This document shows, one piece after another, positions 11,715 to 24,515 of a stretch of 64,000 bases of DNA. This stretch comes from Octopus bimaculoides (taxonomy: Eukaryota), in contig NC_068983.1 in assembly GCF_001194135.2 (NCBI RefSeq), forward strand, positions 54,168,193 to 54,232,192, in the 5' to 3' direction. Within the stretch, counting starts at the first letter, position 1. Every line of letters starts with the position of its first letter. A program made the position numbers and the translations under genes. The notes below the pieces were generated by a model. The model saw only the letters and a program-made list of their open reading frames with translations, did not search any database and was not told the origin of the DNA.

Positions 11715-13447
11715 TTATACACACACACACACACATATATATATATGTTTGGATATATAAATGTATGCTTGTGTATGTATACATGTATATGTGTCTATGC
11801 ATGTCTATATATCTATGTGTGTATGGATGAATATATGCACGTATGTGTATATATGATATATATATATATAATAGGTGTTCTTTTAATTGAAAATAATGAT
11901 TAACTCTTGGGAATGCAATTCCTGCCTACACAACACATACAACATCATTATCGTTCACAAACATGCCAGATATAAAAACAATAAGCAATATCATATATAA
12001 AACAAGGCAAAAAAAAGAAGTCTTAAGTGAAAACTGTTGAATGAACAGTTAAGACGTCAGCAGTCCATGCAGAAATGTCATTAGAACTGCATTAAGTCTT
12101 TGGATGAGATAAACAATTCTCAAATATCATCTCAATTTAAATAAATGTGACAAAGTGGTGTTTGTTGTTCCACTTCACATCAACTCAGATTGAACAATGG
12201 CATTCCAGCCATGACCATCCCATATGTTATTTCAGACATTGTGTAGCTAGGGATTACATTATTGAATCTATCTTTCTTGCTTTATTTTTCTTTTTTGGCA
12301 GTCACTAGGATATGATTTGGAGGAGATTTAACTACTGTTTCAAGCAAGTTGTTCAGTGCCTCACCTCCCCACAGAAGTACCATCATTAACTTGCGTGACA
12401 CAATGGTTTATTCGTTGCTCTGAGCAGTAACTGAACTGTAAAATTAATAAGTGAGCCATTGGTTTGCAGAGTGGAGTTCAATTATTTCCATGTGAAAAGT
12501 TATGCGATTTAACTAGATTTGTCTCTTATCCTTTTAATTGCAAATAAACTAGAGATAATCACAGACTCAGCAAACTTCAAAGTCTGTGGAAAAATAAAAG
12601 AAAAACGAACTGATAAAATTTCTTTATCTAAAATTTTGAACTTGAAAGTGTCATATCAGAATATTTTGAAATAAAATGCAGTTGGTAAAATTAAAAAAAA
12701 ATTTAACTTGTTGTGTTAGTAAAAATTCTAAGAAGTGTGAGAGCCTTCATAAAGTTTCGAGTTAAAAAGTGAACTACCATAAAATTAGGTTATCTAGCAA
12801 TAGGAAAACTTGATAAACAAACTAAGATACAAAATATGTTAATGGAAAAGTTGATGTTGATGCTTTCATTAGATTAAAGAAGTTATAGAGGTGAATGAAG
12901 AAGTTCAGATACTCAAAAATGCAATATCAAAGATTACATATAATAGAGAGTGTGTCTTGTTAAAGGTACTGTTAATTTTGATGAAAGGGGAATTTGTTGA
13001 AAGAATCTCTACCAATGGAGGTATAAATGGCATCAGCTTCTAAAATCTTATCTGGAAAGGTTAGAGGCCATCATTCCTGTGATTAAACAAGAAAATTTGC
13101 CATAAATAAAATGCACAATGAATATTTATGCAATCAAAACAGCCCCTAAACATTCAGTTCCCATGATGTGATATTTTTGTTTTATTCTTTCTCATTTTAT
13201 TTATTAATTTAATTTTGTAGAGTTGCAGAGAAAATGTCTGCCAATGCTTAGCTTTATCTCTGTGAGTTCAAATATCATCAAAATCAAAGTTGTTTCTATT
13301 TTTTTTTTCATCACGCCAGGGTCAGTTAAATAGATACCAGTGGTTTACTGGTGTCTATTCACTTCCCCATATTGTATCCCTACAACTTGTAGACTGTAAG
13401 AAACTGGAAATGATCAACTTACTAGACCTATGAAACCTTATTTACAC

Positions 13448-13650
13448 GGGCATATGGCATAGTGATTAAGAGCGCGGGCTACAAACCCTGAGATTCCGAG
13501 TTCGATTCCAGGCAGTGACCTGAATAATAAAATAATAATAATAACATCGAAAAATACCTTAGGAATGAGAGCCCAGGTTCGAAATTTCCCCAAGACACAT
13601 GAGGAAGGCTGGAGAGTATATTAGCCGAAACGTGTTAACAAAAAATAATG
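13448..13650 (+). mobile_element. tRNA-headed SINE-like element with a degenerate Penelope-type hammerhead-like tail
   Basis: A-box tggcatagtgattaag, B-box gagttcgattcc, (AAT)n spacer, then gacac-atgagga-a-ggctg...tagcc-gaaacgtgtt. Confidence 0.65.
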
Positions 13651-13655
13651 TATGC

Positions 13656-13895
13656 ATCATCATCATCATCACCATCATTTAATGTCTGCTTTCCATTCTG
13701 GCATTGGTTAGATGGTTTGACTGGAATTGGCAAGCTGGAGAGCTTCACCAAGTTCCAGTCTGATTTTGGCTTGGTTTCCATGGCTGGATGCCCTTCCTAA
13801 CGCCAACCACTCCAAAAGTGTAGTGGATGCTTTTTATGTGTCACTGGCATGGGTGCCATTATGTGGCACGGGTGCTTTTGCATGTCACTGGCACG
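13656..13895 (-). mobile_element. SINE family A
   Basis: (CAT)n tail and ggctggatgcccttcctaacgccaacc. Confidence 0.85.
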
Positions 13896-13920
13896 GAGGC
13901 TGTTAATGGCACCACACACA

Positions 13921-14085
13921 ACAGGCTTTTTTCAGTTTCCTCAGTTACCATCAAAGGAATCCACTCACAGCTTTGGTCAGCCCCAGGCTAGAGTAGGAAA
14001 CACTTGCCCAATATGTCACATGGTGGAACTGAACCTGAGAGCACTTAGTTGAGGGGGGGACTTCTTAACCACACAACCATACCAG
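13921..14085 (-). mobile_element. SINE family B, 5' half
   Basis: aggctttttcagtttcc...cacttgccc...ggaactgaacc...cttaaccacac. Confidence 0.75.
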
Positions 14086-14869
14086 CACCAATATAAATAT
14101 ACAATAATAGTACATATAGTGTATGACTACTGTATCTATATATATAATGAATGAATTATACTACTAAAATATCCAACCTAAAGTTATATAACTTTATATA
14201 AACTCCAATTTCAGACACAAAGAGAAACAGACTTATCAGTGGACATTTATTTGTCTTTTCTTTCACAAAATGGTGAACATAATAATATCTAATATCCCCA
14301 TTACATATTATTTATTGAAATATAGATATCAATATTTCTATTTTCCATATTAAATCTCTCACAAAGCATCACATACAATCTTAAATGCAAAGCTTTGATG
14401 CCCTGTTAAATTCCCTTTCCATCCAGGTTCCCACCAGACTAACATCTCATCTAACTCACGAAGTTTCACCTTAAACAGACCCATTAATACTCATCACCAC
14501 AATGATTCTGTCTGAAGATCATCTTTGTTAAACATGAAATAACGAGGTTTTGAAGCTTAATATTTCAAATACTCCAATAATGCATAGCTAAATAGAAGAG
14601 CAAATTTCCCAGGAGAGGAGTATTAGTGGTTTAATCTAACATATTACTAGTACTGTTTATTGATCTTGGAAAGATTAAAGGTAAAATCAAAACCAGCAGA
14701 AATTTTAACCCAGAATATAGATGGATAAAACAAAACATTACATGTAAAATTAGTTTTCAATACTTTCATTTCTGTAAACTTGCCATACTTAACTAAACAT
14801 AGTATGCAATTTATTGTTTGAATATTCAGCATATCACCATGTTTCATTTATTATTGAAATGGCATAGTT

Positions 14870-15815
14870 GTTAAGAGTTGTACAAAATGCCTTGCAGTAT
14901 CATTTTTCTGGTCCTTTACATTCAGAGTTCAAATCCTACTAAAGCCAACTTTGCTTTTTCATCCTTTTTTCGGATTGACAAAATAAAATATCAGTCAAAT
15001 ACCGAGGTCAGTGACATTTACTAACCCCTTCTCCAAATTTCAGGCCTTGTCTCTATGCTATAATAATAATGGTTATTATTATTATTATTATTATTATTAT
15101 CATTATTGCTACATTCTGAATTTGAATTCTGCCAAGGTTGACATTGCCTTTCATCCTTTTGGGGGTCGATTAAATAAGTACCAGTTACACACTGAGGTCG
15201 ATGTGATTGACTTGTGCTCCACCCCACCCCCCAAATTTTGGGTCTTGTGCCTATAATAGAAAGGATTATTATTATTGTTGTTGTTATGAAGGCAGCCTTG
15301 TGCTTCTGTTAGAAATTATCATTATTATTATAATTATTCATCACTGGTTAATGTCCATCTTCCATGGCACTAGTCAGATGGTTTGACAGGACTTAAATGG
15401 TCCAAAGACTGTATCATGCCACAATGTCTGCTTCGGCATGGGTTCTATGGCTGGATGCCCCTCCTAATACTAATCACTATACCATATATACAAAGTACTG
15501 TTTACATAGCACCAGCACTAGTGAGGGCACCAGTGCCATGCAAAGCACTCAGTACACTCCACATACTAAAGCAGATTTATTATTTAATCACATTAATAGC
15601 CAGTGAGCTGGCAGAAACGTTAGCATGTCATGCAAAATGCTTAGCGCTATTTCATCTGTCTTTATGTTCTGAGTTCAAATTCTGCTGAGGTTGATTGCCT
15701 TTCATCCTTGCGGGGTCAATAAATCAATTACCAGTTGTGTACTGGGTTGATCTAATCAACTGGCTCCCTCCCCCAAAATTTCAGGCCTAGTGCCTATAGT
15801 AGAAAGGATTATTTT
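14870..15815 (+). mobile_element. Cluster of three SINE family C copies (with a minus-strand family A copy at about 15340-15560)
   Basis: Repeated gagttcaaattc...actttgcctttcatcctt...gtaccag...caggccttgtgcctata...aaaggattatt units near 14870, 15108 and 15600. Confidence 0.8.
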
Positions 15816-16073
15816 ATCACATTATTATATTAAATCATAAATAACAGAATCAGTAGAACTGTTCTTGTGATATTTAGTTACATCTCTTAAGGTTCTGAGT
15901 TCAAATTTCAACTGAGTCACGTTCTTTTTTTTCCATGTTTAATAAAATAAGCCATAGTAGAGTTCTGACTCTAACTGATTTTTTTCCTCTTCAGAAATGG
16001 GTGTCTTTTTATCAATGTGTTAGAACTCCTCATTTCCTGTGTTGAATATAAAAACATGGTACTGTCACATTAA

Positions 16074-16296
16074 GCCTTTTGTTACCATAATTCTGTGAAA
16101 ATAGATTGCCTTTCTTTCAATTAATTTTGAAAATGATAAAGAATTTATTGGAATAACTTTGTCATTATTAAAACTGGTGTTTGGAACATAAATTAACATG
16201 AAATTTTGATGGAGGGTTTTAATTCAAATCACTTTAAAACAAAAAATATGTGCCATGGAACCAGGTGTGGTCTCAGGTGATTTAGTACCAAAAGAG
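16074..16296. mobile_element. piggyBac-type MITE (second family)
   Basis: TTAA-gccttttgttacca ... tagtaccaaaagag-TCAA; inverted homologous copy at 38576-38760 starting ttatcccttttgataccaa. Confidence 0.7.
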
Positions 16297-16329
16297 TCAA
16301 ATTTTGTATCAAAAATCATTAGAGCATCA

Positions 16330-16620
16330 GAAAAACTACTTTGCAACATTTATTTTGGTTCTTTATGTTTTGAGTTCAAATCCTATCAAGGTTAACATTA
16401 CCATTCATCTTTTTGGGGTTCATAAATTAAAGCACCAATCAAGGTTGATAGTATTGACTTACCCACTCCTCTCAAATTTGTTGGCCTTGGGTCTAAACCA
16501 AAAACCACTATTTACTTGTCTTCTTTTACATTTGGAGTTCAAATCTTACTGGGGTTCATTGGGTCAGACATCCCTACAGGGTCTGTAAGATAACATGTAA
16601 TGTATTGGAGTCAATGTACT
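16330..16620 (+). mobile_element. Two decayed SINE family C copies
   Basis: gagttcaaatcc...aaggttaacattaccattcatctttttggggtt; second gagttcaaatc near 16535. Confidence 0.6.
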
Positions 16621-17508
16621 CCACTATATTCTAATCCTAGACAGTTTGTAGCTTTGTTTCCTCCACTATAATAAATGATTATTATTAGTGTTGCATATAC
16701 ACGCACAAACAAACATATATAACCAAGCAAAGTATAGTGGTTTTGATTTTGGTTTCTTTACAAGACACTTAATCATACATGTCTGCGCATGTATACAAAT
16801 TGCCAGTGTGTTTTTTGATAAGATATCCCTTCAACACACACACACGCATGCACCCATGCAGACAAACATCTACTTATTACTCGACTCAATTACTCAGAGA
16901 TAGATTCATGTATGTCTACGTGTAGGTTACAACACATAAGATATTAAGCATGCATACATGTGTTTTGAAAGAACAATCAGTTGCCTGTTTAACGAGATAA
17001 TTAAGTAGACTTTTCTATGAATTCTATTTATGTAAGAAGTTAAAATCATTATCTCTTCCCAGACCAATGCTTAAATTGTACAAATGTTTACATGACTCTT
17101 TAAAATCATTACAACGCAGCACTGCTTTCGCTATGGATTAATTACTTTTATGTTTTACTTGTTTGCAGAAATATATTTTTCTCTCATGTTTGTTATCCCC
17201 AGCCTTCTCTGTTCTTCATTGATCACATATATAATTAATTAAATCATAAAAATTAGGGAGGCAACTATATGTCTATTTTATTTGTATACACAAACACACT
17301 AAGTATTGGGGTTGAATTGATCAGAAAAGCACTTCAAGGAGGTGCCCCTGCATGGCCACAGTTCAATGACTAAAACAAACATTTTATCACCATCTAAATT
17401 TTTATTTCTTACGGTGACTCACGTTGATGTTTAGCTCCTGTTCAGCTCTCATCAAGCAAACTTATAATCAAAGATATTCCATTTGTGACCATCTCATCTT
17501 TTTGAATA

Positions 17509-17582
<74 letters not shown>

Positions 17583-17583
<1 letters not shown>

Positions 17584-17812
17584 AAGGTGCATGGCTCAGT
17601 GGTCAGAGTGTTGCACTCATGATTGCGAGATCATTGGTTTGATTCCCAGACCGGGCGTTGTGTTGTATTCTTGAGCAAAGCACTTCATATCACGTTGCTC
17701 TGCGATCCTTTCATCATCTGGCATGTGGCACACTTGCCCAAGGTGCCACACAATGGGATTGAACCTGGAACCATGTGGTTGGTAAGCAGGCTACTTACCA
17801 CACAGCCACTCT
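17583..17812 (+). mobile_element. SINE family E head (+) abutting a family B head (-)
   Basis: gaaggtgcatggctcagtggtcagag...ggtttgattccc; then cacttgcccaaggtgcc...cttaccacacagccact. Confidence 0.75.
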
Positions 17813-18611
17813 TCATATTTTATATAGTATCCTTTAAAAATTTTGAGCACAGCTCACAGACCTCCAATATGAACTTTGTGAACCTTTGGTGTGTCTGCAG
17901 ACTCTAGGAAGGAAACTACTTTCACAAAATATTGGTCTACCTTTTTTTTTTTAATCATTAGTTCAGTCTATTGTTAATATTTTTAAATTTAAAAAGTCCA
18001 AACACACACCCAAGAAAAATGAGAGAAAAATCAGTTCTTTGTGTGAAGAAAATTCAATAAAAGAATATTTTTAAATAGTTGTAATTTCTGATGTCACATG
18101 TGGTAGGCTAGTCAATATATATTTCCTATTTTTAATATTTTCAAAAGAATTCGACACTGACAAAGGATATTTTAAGAAATTATTCAATGACTTTTCAGTA
18201 ACATTTAGTCTATTGTTCAAGGTAGGCTTGCTACTATTTGATTCAAGAGAATTCAAGCATTTTTTTCCTTTTTTATCCTTTGCATTGTCATTTCATAATT
18301 TCTGATATTAGGGATGTGTGTGTGTGCTTGTGAGTGTGTGTGAGAGAGAGAGTGTGTGTGTGCTTGTGAGTGTGTGCGTTCATACAAGTGTATGGATGTT
18401 TGTTTAAATACATCTCTTGCAATGACCCTTGTTGATGTGCAACCCCAAGTCAGTTCACATCAACCAGACCTACGATCAAAGAGATTTGATTCATAATCAT
18501 CTCACCTTTTTGTATATCCTTCTATATTCTCTCTCTGTATATCCTTTGTATATGTATGTGTGTGTGTGTGTGTGTGCATGTATGTGGGTATCTGTTTTGC
18601 CTTTTATCTTT

Positions 18612-19250
18612 TACTTTTTCAGTCATTCGACTGTGGCCATGCTGGGGCACCACCTTGAAGGATTTCTAGTTGAACGAATCAGCCCCAGTACTTATTTTTT
18701 AAAGCCTGGTACTTATTCTAATTCTATCGGTCTCTTGTGCCAAACTGCAAAGTCATGGGGATGTAAACACACCAACACTGGTTGTCAACTGGTGGTGGTG
18801 GTGAGGACAGAGATACAAAGATGCACACACACACACACACATATATATATACACAACAGGTTTCTTTCAGTTTCCGTCTACTAAATCAACTCACAAAGCT
18901 TTAGTCAGCCTGTGCCACATGATGGGACTGAACCTGGAACCATGTGGTTGGGAAGCAAACTACTCAACGCATGGCCATGTCTGTGTCTATAAATATATAT
19001 TTCAAATGGTAAGACCTGATTTTGAAAGAGATTTGACTTCTTTCAGTCACTTGACTGTAGCCATGCTGGAGCACTGCCATATAGGATTTCTGTCAAACAA
19101 ATTGCCCCCAGTTCTTATGTTCTTTTGAAGTTCAATACTTATTCTGTCAGTTTCTTTTGCCAAACCACTAAGTTGCAGGGATGTAAACAAACTAACACTA
19201 GTTCTGAAGCAGTGGTGGTTGGTGACAAACTCAGACATGAAGACACACAT
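18612..19250 (-). mobile_element. Two adjacent SINE family B copies
   Basis: cagtcattcgactgtggccatgctggggcaccacc (18620) and cagtcacttgactgtagccatgctggagcac (19045). Confidence 0.8.
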
Positions 19251-19469
19251 AGAGACATCTCTCTTTCTCTCTCTCTCTCTCTTCCAGGCCTGAAGTGTCT
19301 TCTCCACATTGTGTCACATCTTTATTCAGAGTCTCAGCTCTTTTAGACCGGTTGCTGTCAATGTGGCTGACAAAGTCCACAGCTTCTCTGTGTGGGCTTT
19401 TAGTCACAGAGTCTGCAGTAGTGTTGCAATTACAGATTATTACATGTAGCAGCGGGGAGAGGAATTAGA

Positions 19470-19790
19470 GTGAAAAAGAACAAGTAGAGATCAAGAGTGA
19501 TTGAGAGAGAGGAAGTGAGGGGTACATGAGAATGAGAATATGGGAGAGAGAGAGAGAGAGAGAAGAAAGATGAATTGAAGGAGAGAGAGGGAGAGCAGCT
19601 GAGGAAGAGAGGGAGAGAAAGAAAGAAAGAAAGAAAGAGAAAGAGGGAGGGAGGTATTATATGAGGGAAGATGACATAAATGATGAAAGAAAAGAGGTAG
19701 AAGAATGTAAGGTAAGAAAGATAGGTAGGAGAGAGGAATCATGGGATTGAGAAGCAAGAGGAACAAAGAATGGAATACATTTCTGTTCAT
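19470..19790. repeat. Purine-rich (GA/GAAA) low-complexity tract
   Basis: About 300 bp almost free of pyrimidines on the + strand. Confidence 0.9.
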
Positions 19791-20152
19791 AAAACACCTA
19801 AAATAGCTGGACTGGAATCACAAGGTTAAAAAAAAAAAAAAAAAAATTAGATGTTTCATTCACACAACCAAAGCTATATCACTATTATATATATGTGTTG
19901 TAATAAGAACTATTGGAAAGTAATTGTAACTGAATTAGTTGTAGATTGAATGATTCTGAAATATTATCAACATGAGAAATAATTGATGAGTTTGTGTTAA
20001 TAAATTTAATACTGGATGAAAATTAAAAAAAAAAACTTATGAAAATATGAATATGCATTGAAGAAAAAAGACATATTAGTTATTGTTTTTTTTCAATCTG
20101 TTTTGCATTTTTCTTGCAAAGTACAGAGGAGATAACTCCAGACATGTTTGTT

Positions 20153-20217
20153 TTATTCAGACATCTTCAGTGAAGTATGGTCTTTCCAGACTTGCTCAAA
20201 TAGCGAGGAATGAACCA
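20153..20217 (-). CDS. Candidate terminal coding exon of the minus-strand gene (VVHSSLFEQVWKDHTSLKMSE*)
   Basis: Acceptor tctacatttacttag, open in phase 1, AATAAA overlapping the stop, AT-rich downstream sequence; no homology recognised. Confidence 0.25.
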
Positions 20218-20949
20218 CTAAGTAAATGTAGACTGTATATTTAGCAGCAGAGGGAAAAAGAATTGTTCAGAGATTAGACAGTTCAAAAAGGTTATCTAAA
20301 TGAAAATCTATGTTAGTTTTTGTTTTTCTTTTCTTTTTTTTTTAAACATATTTGATGTTGAGAACATGAAAAAAAAAAAAAGAAACAAACTAACAACAAA
20401 TAGCTAGAAAACCATAAACTGATTATATCAATGAAGCAAATGTAAATTTGTATTGTACAGACATGCTTGTGCTGTTAACAAGTCCATACATAAATACATA
20501 CATATATGTAATGCACTTCCGTCTTCCCACAGAAGGCATTGGTAAACCCAGATCTCTATAGGGGAAGACAATTGCCCAAGAAACCATAAAGTGGCATTGA
20601 AAGTGAAAGTGAACTCATGTGATTGGAAGCAAGCTTCTAAACTACACAGCCATGTTTAGACCTATTGAGGCAACATTTATATTTGTTTTTGTTAGTAAAC
20701 ATTGTCAGATTGTCAGGTTCATTCAGTGAGACCGTACTATGTAGGGCTAAAGTTCAAAGTCTCTTCTTCAACACAACATTTGTAATATAATATAACAATG
20801 TGCAGCTATCCTAGTCAGTAAATATCTACTGGTGACACCAGCTGTGTCTCATTTGTATGTTCTACATGGTAGTTTTTCAATACTTATATATTGGTTACAA
20901 ATGTTGGCAGGTGGTGGTAGGGAGTAATTCAATTAAATCAATCAACCTC

Positions 20950-21100
20950 AGTGTTCGAGTAGTGTTTGTTTTATCAGCCCTGAAAGAATAAAAGGCAAAG
21001 TCAACTTTGGCTGAGTTTAAACTCAGAAAGTAAAGACAGATGAAATCGTTAGCACACCAAGCACTTTGTCTGGTGTGCTAACGATTCTGTCAGCCCACTG
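20950..21100 (-). mobile_element. SINE family C
   Basis: aaaggcaaagtcaactttggctgagtttaaactcagaa is the reverse complement of the core. Confidence 0.7.
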
Positions 21101-21779
21101 TCTTTTCCACGCTTACATATTAAAATCTAAGACATGGTGTAGTCTACTCAGAGGTTTGTTGCATTATCCCTGATTTTCATTGCATCACAGTCACACACAC
21201 ACAAGCATATTCCTACAAACACACATATGTATATATGCACACACATACACATAGCTTCTATGCAGTGGCCAGCTAGGTGGCATGCTACTGGAAAGTTTGT
21301 TTATATAATATTCAGTTACATCATCTTACTTGCATTGTCAAATCTTCAGAGATTGTATAGTTTTCAGTAATCTTTAATATTCAGGCAGAGCAGATGATAG
21401 CATTGTTATATCTGCTATTAAAACAAATGAAATTGTAGTAAGATGATATAACTAGAAGTTGTATAAGCAAATTATCCTGTTTTACATTACTTTCTGTATT
21501 GTACTTTGTGACCTACACAACTCTAGATTCCAACCACAGGAAATTCAAACTATAATACAAGTCCTCGTCACAGTTTTCCCTTAGAGTTACAGGAACACAC
21601 ACAGAGAATGAGTGGTCTCATACATAGGATGAGGTGGAGAGCATTCCAATTCATATATATATATATATATTATAATTCTTTTTTGAAATACTTGAACTCA
21701 AAGAACAAAACTATAAATAATAGTGTCCAAATATTGAGTTTAAAAAAAACTCTGGATAGAGGAAGTTGAAGGCTGCCTA

Positions 21780-21822
<43 letters not shown>

Positions 21823-21836
21823 ATATATATATATAT

Positions 21837-21873
<37 letters not shown>

Positions 21874-22012
21874 AAGATGAATTAAAGGAGATACACACAC
21901 ACACACATACATATATATGCACACACACAAACATGTGTGTGTGTGTATATACCATTGGATGTGTAATGTAAGTGTGCATGTTCAACAGAATGCTAATGTT
22001 TTGAGATAGAAG

Positions 22013-22260
22013 TTAGCCATAAGAGGAATCGGTTGCTATCTGCAAGAGAGAAGACTTCACTGGTCTGGTCATGCTATGCAGAAGGATGCCAACAGCACTG
22101 TAAAGAAGTGCTGATCTCTCAAAGTGGATGGAAAATGTGGAAGTGGGAGACCCAGGAAGATATGAGGTGGAGTACTGAAGAATGACCTCAGGATGCTGAA
22201 TCTTTGAGACAAGATGACAAAGGACACACATACCTGGTGCCTTGCTGTGCTCAAAAAATC
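22013..22260 (+). pseudogene. RTE-clade LINE 3' ORF fragment
   Basis: + strand translation IRGIGCYLQERRLHWSGHAMQKD...KKC*SLKVDGKCGSGRPRKI*...KNDLRMLNL...WCLAVLKK matches the RTE RRLRW.GH / GRPRK.W motifs. Confidence 0.85.
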
Positions 22261-22289
22261 CATACTCCACAGCTGAAGCATTAAGATTG

Positions 22290-22510
22290 GTCCCTCTGAT
22301 GGTGTAAAGCACTCATGGTGGTGCCATGTAAAAGAGCACGCGCTGTGCCATGTAAAAGCACACAATACTCACTGTAAAGGGCATCCAGCCATAGAAACCA
22401 AGCCAAATCAGACCGGATTCTGGTGCAGTTTCCTAGCTTATCAGCTCTAGTCAAACCATCCAACCCATGTCAGCATGGACAACGAATGTGTGATGATGAC
22501 AATGATAATG
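22290..22510 (+). mobile_element. SINE family A directly following the RTE fragment
   Basis: agggcatccagccatagaaacc...ccaacccatgtcagcatgg...gatgatgacaatgat. Confidence 0.8.
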
Positions 22511-22581
<71 letters not shown>

Positions 22582-23568
22582 TATGATGACACATGTATAC
22601 ACACACGTATATACTGACTTCACCTACTGAGACTCATTTGTATATTCTTCTTGGCCATCTTACCTTATGCATATATAATAAAATCTGAGATATGATACAG
22701 TCACTAGTCAGAGTTTTGCATTTTTTCCCTTCTTTCATTGCAACATACAGAGAGAGAGAGAGAGAGTGAGAGAGTAAAAGAGAGAGAGAGATAGTGAAAG
22801 AATAAAAGAGAGAGAGAAAGAAGCATACGTTTCTTCTCATCTACATACACAGCATGGTAGTCAAATCTCATAGAGTAAACTGAATTTACTTGAAAGGAAG
22901 TCTATTGAATAATGTAATCAGGAAAAATAATGAAACAATGAAATAAAATAATTAGTCTTCTGATGAATTAATGAGTTGCTTTAAGAAAATAACCTTCACC
23001 AATCAATAGCAAATATCTCCCCATAACCCTCCCACCCTATATTTCTCTGCTGCCACCACTGTTGTTCCTAAAATGGCATCTGATATTATTATATTTGTAT
23101 CTATAACTGAATGAATTCATGGGTTGTCTAGTTCTGCAAATTCAAATATCAATATATGTTGTTTTCAGCAATTGAGTGTGCGCATGCATGTGTGTGTATA
23201 CATATATATATATATGTATGTATGTATGTGTATGTATATTTATATATGTATGTATGTATGTGTNNNNNNNNNNNNNNNNNNNNNNNNNNNNNNNNNNNNN
23301 NNNNNNNNNNNNNNNNNNNNNNNNNNNNNNNNNNNNNNNNNNNNNNNNNNNNNNNNNNNNNNNNNNNNNNNNNNNNNNNNNNNNNNNNNNNNNNNNNNNN
23401 NNNNNNNNNNNNNNNNNNNNNNNNNNNNNNNNNNNNNNNNNNNNNNNNNNNNNNNNNNNNNNNNNNNNNNNNNNNNNNNNNNNNNNNNNNNNNNNNNNNN
23501 NNNNNNNNNNNNNNNNNNNNNNNNNNNNNNNNNNNNNNNNNNNNNNNNNNNNNNNNNNNNNNNNNNNN

Positions 23569-24473
23569 TTTATATGGGACCACTACTGTTCATAATGGCC
23601 CTCTCAGACATGCCCTCAGCCACACAGAGAGCCATGATCACAAGTTATGCAGATGATACAAAAGTCTCACAGGTAATACAGAACACTGAAGACACTATGC
23701 ACCTGCAATGTGAGCTAGATGAAATATGCAAGTGGGCTGAAAAGAATAGCATGCAGTTTAATGCTGGAAAGTTTCAAGCCTTGTGCTATCAGCATGCAAA
23801 ACTAAATACAATACCCAAAGGCACAGTCAGTGTGAGACCTGGGCATTTACATGAGTAATGATGCATCCTTCCATGTGCATGTTGCTAAATTGGCAATGAA
23901 ATGCAGACGGCTGACTGGATGGATTCGTAGAACTTTTAGAACAAGAAATCAAGAAAGCATGATGGTACTCTGGAGGACACTTGTCCTAAGCCACTTTGAC
24001 TATTGCTCTCAGCTATGGTCACCAACCAGTGTCAAATTAATTTCAGAACTTTAGACAATCCAGTGAAGCTACACGAAGAAGATAGCCTTTATGCAGCATA
24101 TAAGTTACTGTGAAATACTCAAGAAATTAAGACTCTATTCCTTAAAGCGTAGGCGAGAAAGATATGCCATAATATACATCTGGAAGATCCTGGAAGGACT
24201 TGTCCCAAACTTTGGCATCGAGAGTTACACAAATACTAGAATTGGGCACCACTGCATAGTGCCAAGGACTCCAAATTTGCCATCAAGTTATAGGACAAGC
24301 TACTGCAATAGCCTGGGTTTCAGAGGTCCACAGCTTTTCAATATCCTCCCGAAGGACCTGAGAGACCTGCATGGGGTGGATGTAGGTGTCTTCAAAATAA
24401 AGCTGGACCTCTTACTGTCAAGTGTCCCAGATAAGCCAACTTTGTGGCAGGAGGTGCAGATGAGGGCAAGCAT
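23569..24473 (+). pseudogene. CR1/L2-type LINE reverse transcriptase 3' part, disrupted; 5' end lost in a gap
   Basis: GPLLFI...SYADDTK, QSV*DLGIYMSND, LSHFDYCSQLWSP, LKKLRLYSLKRRRERY, GPQLFNILP; internal stops and a short deletion near 23822. Confidence 0.92.
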
Positions 24474-24515
24474 TCGTGAAGTAAAATTATGTAGCAACAT
24501 AATAAGTCTTCTGAA

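Noticed and set aside
12700-13080. Possible decayed ORF in AT-rich sequence
   Set aside because: Many stops and no recognisable motif.
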